Below are positions 17,349 through 27,124 of a DNA stretch of 64,000 nt, piece by piece (position 1 is the first letter of the stretch; every line of letters starts with the position of its first letter). The stretch lies in assembly GCA_000830275.1 (NCBI GenBank), contig CP010424.1, positions 1,071,311-1,135,310 on the forward strand, written 5' to 3'. The notes below the pieces were generated by a model. That model made no database searches and had not been told where the DNA came from. It saw only the letters and a program-made list of their open reading frames with translations. A program made the translations under genes and the position numbers. Origin of the DNA: an archaeon GW2011_AR10 (GTDB lineage Archaea > Iainarchaeota > Iainarchaeia > Iainarchaeales > GW2011-AR10).

Positions 17349-18001
17349 ACCTTTATCGTAGCGCCTGCCTCTTCAAGCGGGCAGCTTCCAGCTCCAGAAA
17401 TGCAGTTCTCAAAATCTGCCCTTTTTAGGTTTTTTCCATTCCCTTCAGTGTTGTAATAAACAAGTTTTCTTTCAATTGAATAAATGTCTTCAGTGCCAGA
17501 GCTGAAACTATTGCATCCAATTACTGGCACAACCAAGCTGCTAGGGTTCAATGCCCCACCACTTATTGTTAACTCGCAGTCGTAGTCAGCAGGAATCCCC
17601 AAATCTTCCTTGCGTATTACTTTAGCAAACCTGTCAGCTTGTCCCGGAGCAGTCCACCAGCCACCTTCATAATAGCCATAAGGCGATCTCCATTGTCCAG
17701 GTGGAACATCATTCCTGCTTACGGCTGTAACGCAGTTTTGCATGAAAAGAATTGATACATCATCATCAGGATCATCTGGCGTGCCATTGTCGTTTTCCAC
17801 CAGTTTGCAAACAATATCAGGATTGCTCACCAACAAATCAGAAGCAGTTTCTCCAACTATTTGGAGTTCTTCAAAAATTTCGTTCTCTTTCATGTTTTGA
17901 ACAGTCAATTCGCTGAAGTTTAGGATTAAGCCAATTGCAAGAACAGCCAAAATAACAGAAATAATGAAGTCCAATGAAAAAATTTGCCCGTTTTTGTTCA
18001 T
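17336..18001 (-). CDS. Pilin-like protein (class III signal peptide)
   Basis: MNKNGQIFSLDFIISVILAVLAIGLI. Confidence 0.45.
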   Translation of the reverse strand: MNKNGQIFSLDFIISVILAVLAIGLILNFSELTVQNMKENEIFEELQIVGETASDLLVSNPDIVCKLVENDNGTPDDPDDDVSILFMQNCVTAVSRNDVPPGQWRSPYGYYEGGWWTAPGQADRFAKVIRKEDLGIPADYDCELTISGGALNPSSLVVPVIGCNSFSSGTEDIYSIERKLVYYNTEGNGKNLKRADFENCISGAGSCPLEEAGATIKVWRA

Positions 18002-18007
18002 TTTTCA

Positions 18008-18445
18008 TCAACTTGAAAGCGTTAATTCGCCCCCGCATTTTGCACTGGAAATGTCGGTTACAATGCTGCTGGTGATTGGGACAACAGAATAAACATTTGT
18101 TTTAATTGTAGTTCCTGCAGCAGCTAATTTCTGATAATGGCTGCTGTCAACTGTAATAGTGATTGTGTTAGGAAGCACGGCATTTAAACCGCATTCTATT
18201 GGGTTAGAACCCAAAACCGAGATTTTTGGAATATTATAACTAATAACATGTCCGAATCCGGATATTTTTTTTTCATTAGCAAGCAGTTTGACTATGGCCG
18301 AGCCAATCTGTTTTTGCTGTGCACGAATGCTTAGTTCTTCCTGGTCTTTAGTGAACTCATCCCTAAAATTTGCAAGCGAAAGCATGAAAATGAGCATTAT
18401 TGTTACCGCTAGCACCAAATCAAAGCTTATCTGGCCTCTTTTCAT
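18008..18445 (-). CDS. Pilin-like protein (class III signal peptide)
   Basis: MKRGQISFDLVLAVTIMLIFML, a canonical [KR]G|Q prepilin site. Confidence 0.5.
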   Translation of the reverse strand: MKRGQISFDLVLAVTIMLIFMLSLANFRDEFTKDQEELSIRAQQKQIGSAIVKLLANEKKISGFGHVISYNIPKISVLGSNPIECGLNAVLPNTITITVDSSHYQKLAAAGTTIKTNVYSVVPITSSIVTDISSAKCGGELTLSS

Positions 18446-18477
18446 GCTAACTAATATAATATTCTATGTATATAAAA

Positions 18478-19686
18478 TTAGCGCCTTCCAGAAAGCCTCA
18501 GAAGCTTTGGCATCAATTGCAATCCGCTTAAATGTCCAAGAGTTCCTTTCCTGCAGGCTCTTTCAGAGAACTCCTTAACCTGGCCTCCTTTAATTCCTTG
18601 CCCGGCAACAAGCACCGGCACTGCGTCACTTGAATGCTTTTTCAGCTCACAAGGAGTTGAGTGGTCAGCAGTAACAGCAATAACAGTGTTTTTCAAGTCC
18701 AAAAACTCTTTTGCGGCTCTGTCAATTTTTTCAATGAACTTCTTTTTTCCTTCGGCGTTTCCATCTTCCCCAAAGCTGTCGGCTGCCTTAACGTGAACAA
18801 ACACGAAATCAAATTTTTTCAGCGCTTTTTTTGCAGCCAAAAACTTTGCTTTTACGTTCGTGTTCGGCAAACCTGTTGCGCCCTTAACTTTCAGCACTTT
18901 CATTCCAACGATTTTGGCAATGCCCTTGTACATTCCTGCTCCAGCAATCACTGTCGCTTTCAGGCCATACTTTTTCTTAAAGCCGGGAATGTATTTTACT
19001 TTTCCTGCGCCCCTACAAAGCAAATAATTTGCTTCAAGGAGGCCAAGCTTTTTTCGCTTCAGGTTTTCCGGGTGCATTAAAAGAATTTCATGCGCTCTTT
19101 CAGTGAACGCGTTCAGTATTTCAGCAGTGCGTTCTGCATTTCCAGAACTGTTTTCTGCCATGAATTTCAGTGGCTTCACCCCAATTTTCTTTGGGTCGTT
19201 CTGCGTTACTTTTTCACTCAGGCCTTTTCCCCTAACCACAACGACGGCTCTGTAGCCCGTTCCAGCTTTAACAAAAATTCTTGTACCGTTGATTTTGATT
19301 CCATCAAGTTTTTTCACAAATTTTTGAACTGACTCAATTCTTCCAGCGCGCCTGTCAACGATAATTCCTTTCTGGTCAACAGTAGCAATGTTTGCACGCA
19401 GCGCAATGTCCCCTTTCCTTAGCTTCAAGCCAATTCCTGCTGCTTCTATTGGGCCCCTGCCGCAGTAATACTTTCCAAGCGGATAACCAAAAATTGAGAG
19501 GTGCGCTTTGTCAGAATCAGGGTAAAGTTTTCTGTCAACTGCATTCATTGTGCCGGTTAAACCATTTGCTGCAAGCCTATCAAGATTTTTGGTCTTTGCT
19601 GCCTCAAGCGGGGTCTTTCCGCCAAATTTTTTTGTCGGCCTGTCTCCAAGGCCGTCGCATATCACCAGCAAAATTTTTTGCATCAA
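18478..19686 (-). CDS. apgM: 2,3-bisphosphoglycerate-independent phosphoglycerate mutase, archaeal type
   Basis: N-terminus MMQKILLVICDGLGDRP..., ~400 aa, metalloenzyme-superfamily layout. Confidence 0.8.
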   Translation of the reverse strand: MMQKILLVICDGLGDRPTKKFGGKTPLEAAKTKNLDRLAANGLTGTMNAVDRKLYPDSDKAHLSIFGYPLGKYYCGRGPIEAAGIGLKLRKGDIALRANIATVDQKGIIVDRRAGRIESVQKFVKKLDGIKINGTRIFVKAGTGYRAVVVVRGKGLSEKVTQNDPKKIGVKPLKFMAENSSGNAERTAEILNAFTERAHEILLMHPENLKRKKLGLLEANYLLCRGAGKVKYIPGFKKKYGLKATVIAGAGMYKGIAKIVGMKVLKVKGATGLPNTNVKAKFLAAKKALKKFDFVFVHVKAADSFGEDGNAEGKKKFIEKIDRAAKEFLDLKNTVIAVTADHSTPCELKKHSSDAVPVLVAGQGIKGGQVKEFSERACRKGTLGHLSGLQLMPKLLRLSGRR

Positions 19687-20052
19687 TTAAATCAATTCAA
19701 TTGCTGTTTTTATTCCTTTCGAATCAAATGCGTTGAAGCTTTCTGAATTGAAGGGGTAAGCAATTATGAGGTGAATTGAACCCATTTTTCCAAAAGTTGC
19801 AATGTCCTGCTTTGAAGGCCTGCTTGAATAGGAAGGGTGGCTGTGAACTGTGCCAATCATTTTTGAATCAAAAGGAATAAGGTGCGATTTTATTAAGGTG
19901 AAATTTCTGCCGTAAGTTGCGGGCACAACAATTAGCTCATCAACAATTTTCTCCCCCGGGCTTCCACCCAGCACCCCAAAAAACTCGTGGGGATAAGTGT
20001 TTTTGCTTGCTTCAATTATTGCTCCAAGCACTTCCCGCTTTATTTTGTACAT
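19687..20052 (-). CDS. JAMM/MPN+ metalloprotease
   Basis: EFFGVLGG...HSHPSYSSRPSKQD JAMM motif. Start set at the internal Met (20052) to avoid overlapping the upstream gene. Confidence 0.65.
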   Translation of the reverse strand: MYKIKREVLGAIIEASKNTYPHEFFGVLGGSPGEKIVDELIVVPATYGRNFTLIKSHLIPFDSKMIGTVHSHPSYSSRPSKQDIATFGKMGSIHLIIAYPFNSESFNAFDSKGIKTAIELI

Positions 20053-20060
20053 TAACTGCT

Positions 20061-21254
20061 TTAAGCCGCGAACCCCAAATAAAGCAATATTGTGGGGAAC
20101 ATTAGGAAAGCCATGCAATGGGTTCTCTTTATGCCTGTTGATAGCGGGAGCAGCCCAATTGCGGTTGAAACAAGAAACAGAATCATTCCGTATAGGCCGC
20201 TTAAAAATAGCACCAGCAGAAAAAGCAGTCCAAGAACATACTTGCTCAGGTTTCTGTAATTGACCGCTAAAATCCATTTAATTGCTTTTTTCCCTATTAT
20301 GTCTGTTGCAATATACCCAAAAGAAGCAGAAATCAGCACTGCTGCAAAAATCAGCAGAAGTGAAGTTTCATTCAATCCAATGAGTTGCTTCACTGTTGCT
20401 GCGGCCCCTGTTCTTGCTTTGCCAATCAAGAATAGCACGGCAAAACTGAAAATAGTGTTCGCAGTGTTAACCCCGCCGAGAACCACCAAAAACTCGTTTC
20501 TTGAAATCTTTTTTGTGAACTCTCCAAGAAGAAATGCCGCCGTGCTTGCTCCAACGCTTGGAAAGAATGACACGATTGCCCCTGCAACAGTGCTAAAAAA
20601 GCTTCCCTTGATTATTGTTTTCTTTTCTTCCTTGAACACTCCAGTTTTTTGCTCAGTTATAGAGTGCTCTTTAGTGAGAGAATAAACCAGTGTTGACGAC
20701 CCAAAAAAACCTGTCACAAGCGGAAAAAGCGTTTCCTGCATGGAACCGCTGTTTAAGCCAATAATTCCCGTGATGCCAGAAAGCAAAATTGTAGCAAGAG
20801 CCCATTTTTTCTTTCCCCCCTTTTCGCTTAAAACCATTAGTGCAATTAGTGCAACTAAAATAAACGGAATCAAGGAGTAAAGGAATTCTGCCAAACCAGC
20901 AATAAGCAGCCAAAAGAATGGCAGAAGCAAAATGCAGAAAAGCACTGAAAAAATCCCTCCGGCTGCAGTCAGCTTTATTGCGTAGAGCCCTTCGCCTTTC
21001 AAAAAAAAATAGTGGCCAGGCAGAACCGAGAGAAACGAGTCAGTGTCCGGTGCCCCAATTAAAATGCTTGGAATGAAGTCAACAAAACTGTGCACAACGC
21101 TTGTTGCAACAATAAGCAGGGCAATGTTCAAATCGTTGCTCTCCGAAAAAGCAAGGAAGAGAACCGCGATGGTGTTAACGTGTATTCCTGGCATCAGGCC
21201 GGTGAAAACTCCAAGCAGGCAGCCCAGCAGAATCCATGAAAGTGCTTCAATCAA
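20061..21254 (-). CDS. Polytopic membrane protein, TctA/DUF112-like
   Basis: ~12 TM segments with repeated G-x-x-PGI(H/G) motifs. Confidence 0.45.
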   Translation of the reverse strand: MIEALSWILLGCLLGVFTGLMPGIHVNTIAVLFLAFSESNDLNIALLIVATSVVHSFVDFIPSILIGAPDTDSFLSVLPGHYFFLKGEGLYAIKLTAAGGIFSVLFCILLLPFFWLLIAGLAEFLYSLIPFILVALIALMVLSEKGGKKKWALATILLSGITGIIGLNSGSMQETLFPLVTGFFGSSTLVYSLTKEHSITEQKTGVFKEEKKTIIKGSFFSTVAGAIVSFFPSVGASTAAFLLGEFTKKISRNEFLVVLGGVNTANTIFSFAVLFLIGKARTGAAATVKQLIGLNETSLLLIFAAVLISASFGYIATDIIGKKAIKWILAVNYRNLSKYVLGLLFLLVLFLSGLYGMILFLVSTAIGLLPLSTGIKRTHCMAFLMFPTILLYLGFAA

Positions 21255-21633
21255 TTCTTTTCACTTTTTCCGCAACTATTTCAATTTTTCCCTTGTATTC
21301 CTGGACAGTGCCTTCAATCCTGATAACCGCGCTGTTTTCAATTTCTTTCAGCTCTTTTTCGGTTGGGGAAAAAACCACTGCCTTGATGCTTTTCCCATCA
21401 ACCAGCTCAAACAACAGCGTGTTCTTTGAATAGAACCTGTTCTTCACTATTCCCTCAGTTGAAACCTTTTTCTGTAGCATTCCCCCGTTTATTTCCGGAA
21501 TGCTTACTTCAAGGGGTTTTGTTGCAGCGCTCATGGCTGCAAGCAGCAGTATTCCTGCAATTCCAATGCCTAAAGCCAGTTTTCTGAAGAAGAAATCGTC
21601 GAATTCCATTAAAGAATTAGGAGAAGAAAACAA
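21247..21633 (-). CDS. Membrane-anchored OB-fold protein
   Basis: A TM segment, then a ~90-aa beta-rich domain ending in EYKGKIEIVAEKV (OB-fold-like). Confidence 0.35.
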   Translation of the reverse strand: MFSSPNSLMEFDDFFFRKLALGIGIAGILLLAAMSAATKPLEVSIPEINGGMLQKKVSTEGIVKNRFYSKNTLLFELVDGKSIKAVVFSPTEKELKEIENSAVIRIEGTVQEYKGKIEIVAEKVKRID

Positions 21634-21657
21634 TAAAAAACTTCGTCAATCGTCGAA

Positions 21658-22227
21658 CTATATTATTTGTGTTGGTTTCCTTGTGAAAAACCTGTTTTCC
21701 ACCTTTATCTTTACCTTTTTTCCTACTGGCTGCTTTCCTTTGCTTTCAACAATGAACCGTCCTCCATTTGAAAGGGAAAGCAAGTCATAATCTGTTTCCA
21801 CCACTGCCATTTCGCTGTCACTTAACAGTACCTTTCCATAAGTGTAGTTTCTAACGACAAAAAGCTTGAACAGGACAAAGAAAACCAGCAGCCCAAAAAT
21901 CAGCACTGAAAAGAATGCCAGCCTTGTTATTGTGTCTGAAATAATGCTCTGTCCAATCCATGAGACCTGAATTGCCGTGGGCAGAACAATAAAAAACAAT
22001 GCATACCGGCTAAAGCCTTCCTTAACCTCTTTCCTTAAATCAATTACCAGAAGCTTCAAGTAAATTAAAATCAGCACAGCGTTCACTGCAAGAAAAACAG
22101 TTTCCCCCAAAAGCGGTGCAGCAATTACTGCTAAAAGCATCAGGAAAACGAGCAACTGCAGTGCAATTACTATGAAGCTCCTGTAGCTTAAATCCTTCAC
22201 GTTTTTTTCCAGAAAAGTTTTGAGCAT
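21658..22227 (-). CDS. Membrane protein, hypothetical
   Basis: Multiple TM helices. Confidence 0.4.
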   Translation of the reverse strand: MLKTFLEKNVKDLSYRSFIVIALQLLVFLMLLAVIAAPLLGETVFLAVNAVLILIYLKLLVIDLRKEVKEGFSRYALFFIVLPTAIQVSWIGQSIISDTITRLAFFSVLIFGLLVFFVLFKLFVVRNYTYGKVLLSDSEMAVVETDYDLLSLSNGGRFIVESKGKQPVGKKVKIKVENRFFTRKPTQII

Positions 22228-22231
22228 TCAA

Positions 22232-22630
22232 TCACGGACAGCGTGTTTCATATGGTGTGCCAGCGTTCACACTTAGTTTGAATTCGGATGTTGGACTCAG
22301 TTCCCATGCAGTTGAATCATCCACCGTGGTTATAATTTTTTGGCAATCAGAAGCGCTCAAACGAAAAGTTTTAGGAACTGTGTTAGCATCAATATTGACT
22401 GTCGGCGGGGCTCCTGTTACCTCGATTTTTTCAATGAAGTAGGCCTCTTCTAGGCTTTCATCAGTGGCGAATATGCTCACCAGCTTTTCCTTCACAATTG
22501 CGGGTGCGACCACGTAATCCACCACCTCAAAAAAGTTTCCCATTATTGCAGTTCCGACTATGAAGATCGCAGCGGTAACGAAAATTATTTCAAAGCTGGA
22601 TTGGCCTTTTTCTCTGAGCATGGAAACCAA
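22232..22630 (-). CDS. Pilin-like protein (class III signal peptide)
   Basis: MVSMLREKGQSSFEIIFVTAAIFIVG. Confidence 0.5.
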   Translation of the reverse strand: MVSMLREKGQSSFEIIFVTAAIFIVGTAIMGNFFEVVDYVVAPAIVKEKLVSIFATDESLEEAYFIEKIEVTGAPPTVNIDANTVPKTFRLSASDCQKIITTVDDSTAWELSPTSEFKLSVNAGTPYETRCP

Positions 22631-22631
22631 T

Positions 22632-23114
22632 TCAGATTCTTACTTCAACTTCATCAGCGGTAATTTTTTGAACAATAACCCTTTTCATCTGCGGTCCCTC
22701 AATTTCTGTGCCGTTAATACAGCGAAGCGTTATTTCTTCCAATATATCAAGGTCAAGAGCGCATTTTCCTGTGGCATCACAGGCAGGGTGCGATAAATCA
22801 GTGTTTATAAGCTCTGTTTCAAATCCAATCTTTTTTGTTGCTTCTTTGCAAAGCACTTTGCTTCCAGCTGGAACAAAAACAGTTATTGTCTGCTTGGTGT
22901 CAATGCCAAGTGTTCCTACAAGGTTTGTTGTATTAGCGATTTTTTCGGCTGCAAGCCTTGCTTCAGCCAGCCGTGCAACCTCTTTTGCACTGTCAACTGC
23001 AAGATTCACGTTTGGCTGGATAATTGTCTGAATGAACAGCAGCATTACTGCTACAAGGAAAATGAACTCGATTGCTGCCTGCCCTCTATTGCCTTTCACA
23101 GAAAAAAATTCCAA
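22632..23114 (-). CDS. Pilin-like protein (class III signal peptide)
   Basis: KGNRGQAAIEFIFLVAVMLLF. Confidence 0.5.
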   Translation of the reverse strand: MEFFSVKGNRGQAAIEFIFLVAVMLLFIQTIIQPNVNLAVDSAKEVARLAEARLAAEKIANTTNLVGTLGIDTKQTITVFVPAGSKVLCKEATKKIGFETELINTDLSHPACDATGKCALDLDILEEITLRCINGTEIEGPQMKRVIVQKITADEVEVRI

Positions 23115-24214
23115 ACCAAATCACCAACCAACTGAAGCAAAATATATGCAATTAATACTGCCGGAACAAACGGCACTGACTTTTTTACCGCCAGTTTGTT
23201 TTCAAGCTTTTTTTCATTCACCAGCTTTTTTAATTCCCTTATCTGCTCTTCTGTGAGACCACCTGCGGCCCTGCTGCTTGCAAGGATTCTTCCAGAAGGC
23301 CAAATCAGGCGCCTGACAGCGTCTACATTATTATTTCTGAAGTGCTTTATAATTGTTCCGATGCCTGCTTTTTCAAGCCTTTTCACTTTCCCTTTTTCTT
23401 CCACAATTGTTTCCCCGGAAATCATTCCCTCTTCCAGGGCAGTTATTTTAACGTTCTCTGCCAAAATTTCCCTGCTTGCAAAGTAAAGCTTCAGCAGCAG
23501 GAACAGGAAAAGCAGAGGCAGAAAAACCATTAAAGCGCCCTGAAGCGCAGAAACATAGTCAGTGTACAGCGCAAACGCAAAAACCACGGCTACAACAACG
23601 GCACTGATTTTTTTTCTCAAAAAACCAATTGCAAGCAGCATTGGCAGCACAAACAGTGCATCAAGCCTCATTGCTGCAACAACCGCGCTTAAGCCAGCAA
23701 CTAATATGCTGAAAGCCGCCAGATGAACAAACCTCTTTTTTATTTCAGCAAAAACTTTTTCCGAAAGGTCCTTGTTTTTTGCAATGCCGTTCAGTGAAAT
23801 CATTGCACCGTAGGGGAACATTGCGAATACGCTGAAAACAAAAAGCCAGAACGGGAAAACAGGCAAATGAATTGAAGCAAATAACGCCCCGTTCAACCCA
23901 ATTAAATCCCTTAATACTCCGTAATTAACGGGGTTCAATGCTGCGAGGCCAGTGAAAAGCTTTACATCGCCTCCAGCCCACACGCCGAGCTTCCACAGCA
24001 GCATTGCTCCGAGGAACGTTCCAATTGTTGCAATTCCAGAAAACAATATGAAGCCAAAATCATCAGTTAGAAATGAAAGGAACAAATGCAGGAGCAGCCC
24101 CAGCGCAATCATGGAGTAAGTTATTTTGTCTGAAACAATCCTTTCCCTTAAATCAGTGTAGGTTGCAACAGCAAGCAGGATAAAGGAAATAGAGAAAAAG
24201 AGAGCGGCTGCCAA
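23096..24214 (-). CDS. pibD: Prepilin/preflagellin peptidase (A24 family, PibD/FlaK-like)
   Basis: First catalytic Asp region TYTDLRERIVSD and second motif VWAGGDVKLF (GGDVKL); polytopic. Confidence 0.75.
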   Translation of the reverse strand: MAAALFFSISFILLAVATYTDLRERIVSDKITYSMIALGLLLHLFLSFLTDDFGFILFSGIATIGTFLGAMLLWKLGVWAGGDVKLFTGLAALNPVNYGVLRDLIGLNGALFASIHLPVFPFWLFVFSVFAMFPYGAMISLNGIAKNKDLSEKVFAEIKKRFVHLAAFSILVAGLSAVVAAMRLDALFVLPMLLAIGFLRKKISAVVVAVVFAFALYTDYVSALQGALMVFLPLLFLFLLLKLYFASREILAENVKITALEEGMISGETIVEEKGKVKRLEKAGIGTIIKHFRNNNVDAVRRLIWPSGRILASSRAAGGLTEEQIRELKKLVNEKKLENKLAVKKSVPFVPAVLIAYILLQLVGDLVWNFFL

Positions 24215-24226
24215 AACAACCCGCCC

Positions 24227-24409
24227 TTAGTTTTCAAGTAGAGAGCTTATTGTCGAGTCCCTGCTTTCAAGTATTTGCTGCTGTGCAACGTTTGAAACTG
24301 TCACAACCTGTAAAGCGATGACTGAAGCAGCCAGCACCAACAGCAACGCAAATGTTACTGTTATGAGGTATTCAAACGAAACCTGTGCTCGCTGCTCCAT
24401 GGAGATCAC
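24227..24409 (-). CDS. Small pilin-like protein
   Basis: MISMEQRAQVSFEYLITVTFALLLVLAA. Confidence 0.45.
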   Translation of the reverse strand: MISMEQRAQVSFEYLITVTFALLLVLAASVIALQVVTVSNVAQQQILESRDSTISSLLEN

Positions 24410-24418
24410 TTAACCCTG

Positions 24419-24766
24419 TTATACTCCAGCGCCTGGAGCGTTACAATTGGATGTTGGTATGAGTGGTGCTACTGGTGTTGGGTCATATCTTGATTTACAG
24501 ACTGTACTTGGTGCTGTTCCTGCAGGGCCGCAATAACATGTAACATTGTCTGGACCTATAACTTGTATTGAACCAACTAGCACATTAGTGCAACTCGTAG
24601 TTGTTGCCGGGTATTTTATGCACAAAGCATCAAATGCTTGTTTTTTTGATTCTGTTCCTCCGCTGCTTCCTAACCCTGATATTACACTGATGACTATCAC
24701 TGCAACAAGCACTGCTCCGCCGATTAACAGCAGGTATTCAAGTGCACCTTGTCCTTTTTTTTGCAT
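24419..24766 (-). CDS. Pilin-like protein (class III signal peptide)
   Basis: MQKKGQGALEYLLLIGGAVLVAVIVI. Confidence 0.5.
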   Translation of the reverse strand: MQKKGQGALEYLLLIGGAVLVAVIVISVISGLGSSGGTESKKQAFDALCIKYPATTTSCTNVLVGSIQVIGPDNVTCYCGPAGTAPSTVCKSRYDPTPVAPLIPTSNCNAPGAGV

Positions 24767-24847
24767 TCCTTGACCTCCTTTTAAAGTGTTTAAAGCATTA
24801 ATTTACTTATAATAATTCTTTCTTCTATTTAAATGTTTTGTGCTTTA

Positions 24848-25024
24848 AGGCGTTGATTCGAAGCCTGTAACTGTTCTTTCAAGTTCTTCCTTTGCTTCCT
24901 GCTGGCCTGTTGTTGCAATGCTTTTCAAGTACAAGCCAATTATTGCTGCTGTAAGAGTTATTCCGCCCAAAATCAGCAGCAGTTCAACTGAACTCTGCGC
25001 TCTTTCCTCCTTCAATAGCCTCAT
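24848..25024 (-). CDS. Small pilin-like protein (58 aa; not in the ORF track)
   Basis: Manual translation: MRLLKEERAQSSVELLLILGGITLTAAIIGLYLKSIATTGQQEAKEELERTVTGFESTP. Confidence 0.4.
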
Positions 25025-25957
25025 TTAACTCACCAAGTTCATTGAAAGCAATTGCCCTAAAATATAGGTAGTGTAAGCCACAAGTAATAGGATTGGAAAG
25101 TATATAATGCTTTTGCTTATCCTGCCCTCCCTCATAATTGCAATTACTAGGCTTGCTGCAAAAACCTCTACAAGGAGGTAAATTTGGATGCCTAGGTTAA
25201 TGATGCTGCTTGCGCTCTCAGCCCTCTGAATAATCAACTGGTCTTTGCTTATTTTTGCTGCAGTGCTTATCAGCACTGAGCTTATTGTTGCCACGAAACC
25301 GAAAATTAGTGGCGCAACGAAGCCTCCAGCAGCAACCATGAACAGCACTTGGAGAATTGTCCTAGTTTTTCTTTCAGCATTAATTCTGTGGATTGCCCTT
25401 ACATCCTCGCTTATTTCATCCAGAATGTCCGCGAGGCCTGCTCCTGCTTTCACTGAGTCAATTATGATTGTGACGGTTCTCTTCACAAGCCTTGAGTCCA
25501 CGTTCTGGCTTAAAGAGCTTAGCGCTGTTTCAAAGTTGTCTCCTTCCTCAAGTTTTCTAAGAACAGTGTTGATTTCTTTTTTCAAATAACCATATTCAGC
25601 GCTTGCAACTTCTCGCAATGCATACTCGTAAGTGCCACCAGCCCTTAAAGTGTCAGCCATCTGCTTTAATGCATCAGAAAGGTTCCTTTCAATGTCGTCA
25701 ATCCTCTGCGATGCCTTAAGGTAAGGGTAGCCAATCATTATATCGGCTATTACAAGGAACATAATAATTCCAAGCTGCCAGAGCTCTGGCACCAACAGAA
25801 TTATTGCCGCACCAACAACAAACGAGACAAGGAATGAAAGAATTATCCAAAGTACTGGGTCAACCTTGAAGTCTATTTGCTTCAAGTAAAGAGAGTACTT
25901 TTTTAGGAAACCGATTCTTTCCAGCAGCGGGATTTTTTTGGTTAAGTCAAGTGTCAT
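25025..25957 (-). CDS. TadC/FlaJ-like pilus assembly membrane protein (T2SS-F domain), part 1
   Basis: Cytoplasmic T2SSF-like helical domain (ALKQMADTLRAGGTYEYALREV...SVKAGAGLADIL) between TM segments. Confidence 0.6.
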   Translation of the reverse strand: MTLDLTKKIPLLERIGFLKKYSLYLKQIDFKVDPVLWIILSFLVSFVVGAAIILLVPELWQLGIIMFLVIADIMIGYPYLKASQRIDDIERNLSDALKQMADTLRAGGTYEYALREVASAEYGYLKKEINTVLRKLEEGDNFETALSSLSQNVDSRLVKRTVTIIIDSVKAGAGLADILDEISEDVRAIHRINAERKTRTILQVLFMVAAGGFVAPLIFGFVATISSVLISTAAKISKDQLIIQRAESASSIINLGIQIYLLVEVFAASLVIAIMREGRISKSIIYFPILLLVAYTTYILGQLLSMNLVS

Positions 25958-25960
25958 TCA

Positions 25961-27124
25961 TCACACCCTCGGTTGGACAAATTTCAGGTAAACAAGCAAA
26001 AGCGCAATAACAAGCGGCATTATCAGCGCGTAAAAGATTATTATAAACTGTGGAGTAAGCTGGAATGCCTGTGAAAAGTTTACTCCTAATGGTGCATTGG
26101 TTACTGCGCCAATTATTGCTACAAAAACAGGCAGAACAATTGCACCGAAAATGAATATTACCCCAAAAAAATTCATTTTTTCCGCGAAGTCCCTTATCTT
26201 CATTCTCAGCTCGAATGAAACGTCCTCAGCGATTTCCCCCATAACGTTTGAAAGGTTGCCGCCGGTTTTAAGCGCCCTGATGACGTGGAACAAGGCGCTC
26301 CTCAGCGCTCTTGACTGGGTTCTCAGCGCGAAGTGCCTTAACGCGTCTTTAGTGTCAGTGCCCTCCTCTATCTCATTAATTGTTCTTGAAAACTCGTCTG
26401 ATAAAACCCCGTAATCTGACTGCGCTATTGCCTGCAGCGCTTTGTAGAGGCCTATTCCTGCCTTTAATTCTGTTGCCATGTGCCTTAATGCGAAAGGAAG
26501 TTCAACACTCATTTCGTCGCCTCTTCTTTGAGCAATTGTCTTGGGTATAATCATCACAAGTATGAGCGTAATGAAGAAGAACAGGATTCCAATCAACAGC
26601 GCGCTCCAGATGGGCCATGCCCATAAAAACGAGACTATTGCCCCTATGACCATTCCAAAAATCAGGCCTATTGCGGCTGAAGCAACGCTTAATGCAAGGT
26701 ATTGCTGCGCTGAAAACTTCATGTTTGCGCTGTAAAGGTAGTATGCTAACTCTTTTGCTATTGGAAACCTCCTGAGGTTTCGGGTTAGTGGCTTGAATAG
26801 GAACTGGAATGAGAGGTAAAAGTTTCCAAGCTGCCTTATTATTGGGGATCTAAACTCTTTCAGCTCTTCAACAGGCTGAACGTTTATTTTTGCTGCTTCC
26901 CCTTCCGCTATTATGCCGCGCAGCTCGCTAAGCCTTCCCCCAACTTCTTCAAATTCAATGCCTTGCTCGCGGTACTTTTTCTTCATTTTGGCGACTATTT
27001 TTTCAACCTGCTCCAGGTCAACGGTTTCCGGCTCGGCTAATTCATCCTTTCCAGGGGCTTTTATGTCTGCCTTCTTGCTCTCAATTTTTTTCCTTAAGTC
27101 ATCAATTGAAGGCACGCTTTCCAC
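25961..27124 (-). CDS. TadC/FlaJ-like pilus assembly membrane protein (T2SS-F domain), part 2
   Basis: ELPFALRHMATELKAGIGLYKALQAIAQ T2SSF-like domain. Together with the previous gene this resembles a split two-domain FlaJ/TadC. Confidence 0.6.
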   Translation of the reverse strand: MESVPSIDDLRKKIESKKADIKAPGKDELAEPETVDLEQVEKIVAKMKKKYREQGIEFEEVGGRLSELRGIIAEGEAAKINVQPVEELKEFRSPIIRQLGNFYLSFQFLFKPLTRNLRRFPIAKELAYYLYSANMKFSAQQYLALSVASAAIGLIFGMVIGAIVSFLWAWPIWSALLIGILFFFITLILVMIIPKTIAQRRGDEMSVELPFALRHMATELKAGIGLYKALQAIAQSDYGVLSDEFSRTINEIEEGTDTKDALRHFALRTQSRALRSALFHVIRALKTGGNLSNVMGEIAEDVSFELRMKIRDFAEKMNFFGVIFIFGAIVLPVFVAIIGAVTNAPLGVNFSQAFQLTPQFIIIFYALIMPLVIALLLVYLKFVQPRV

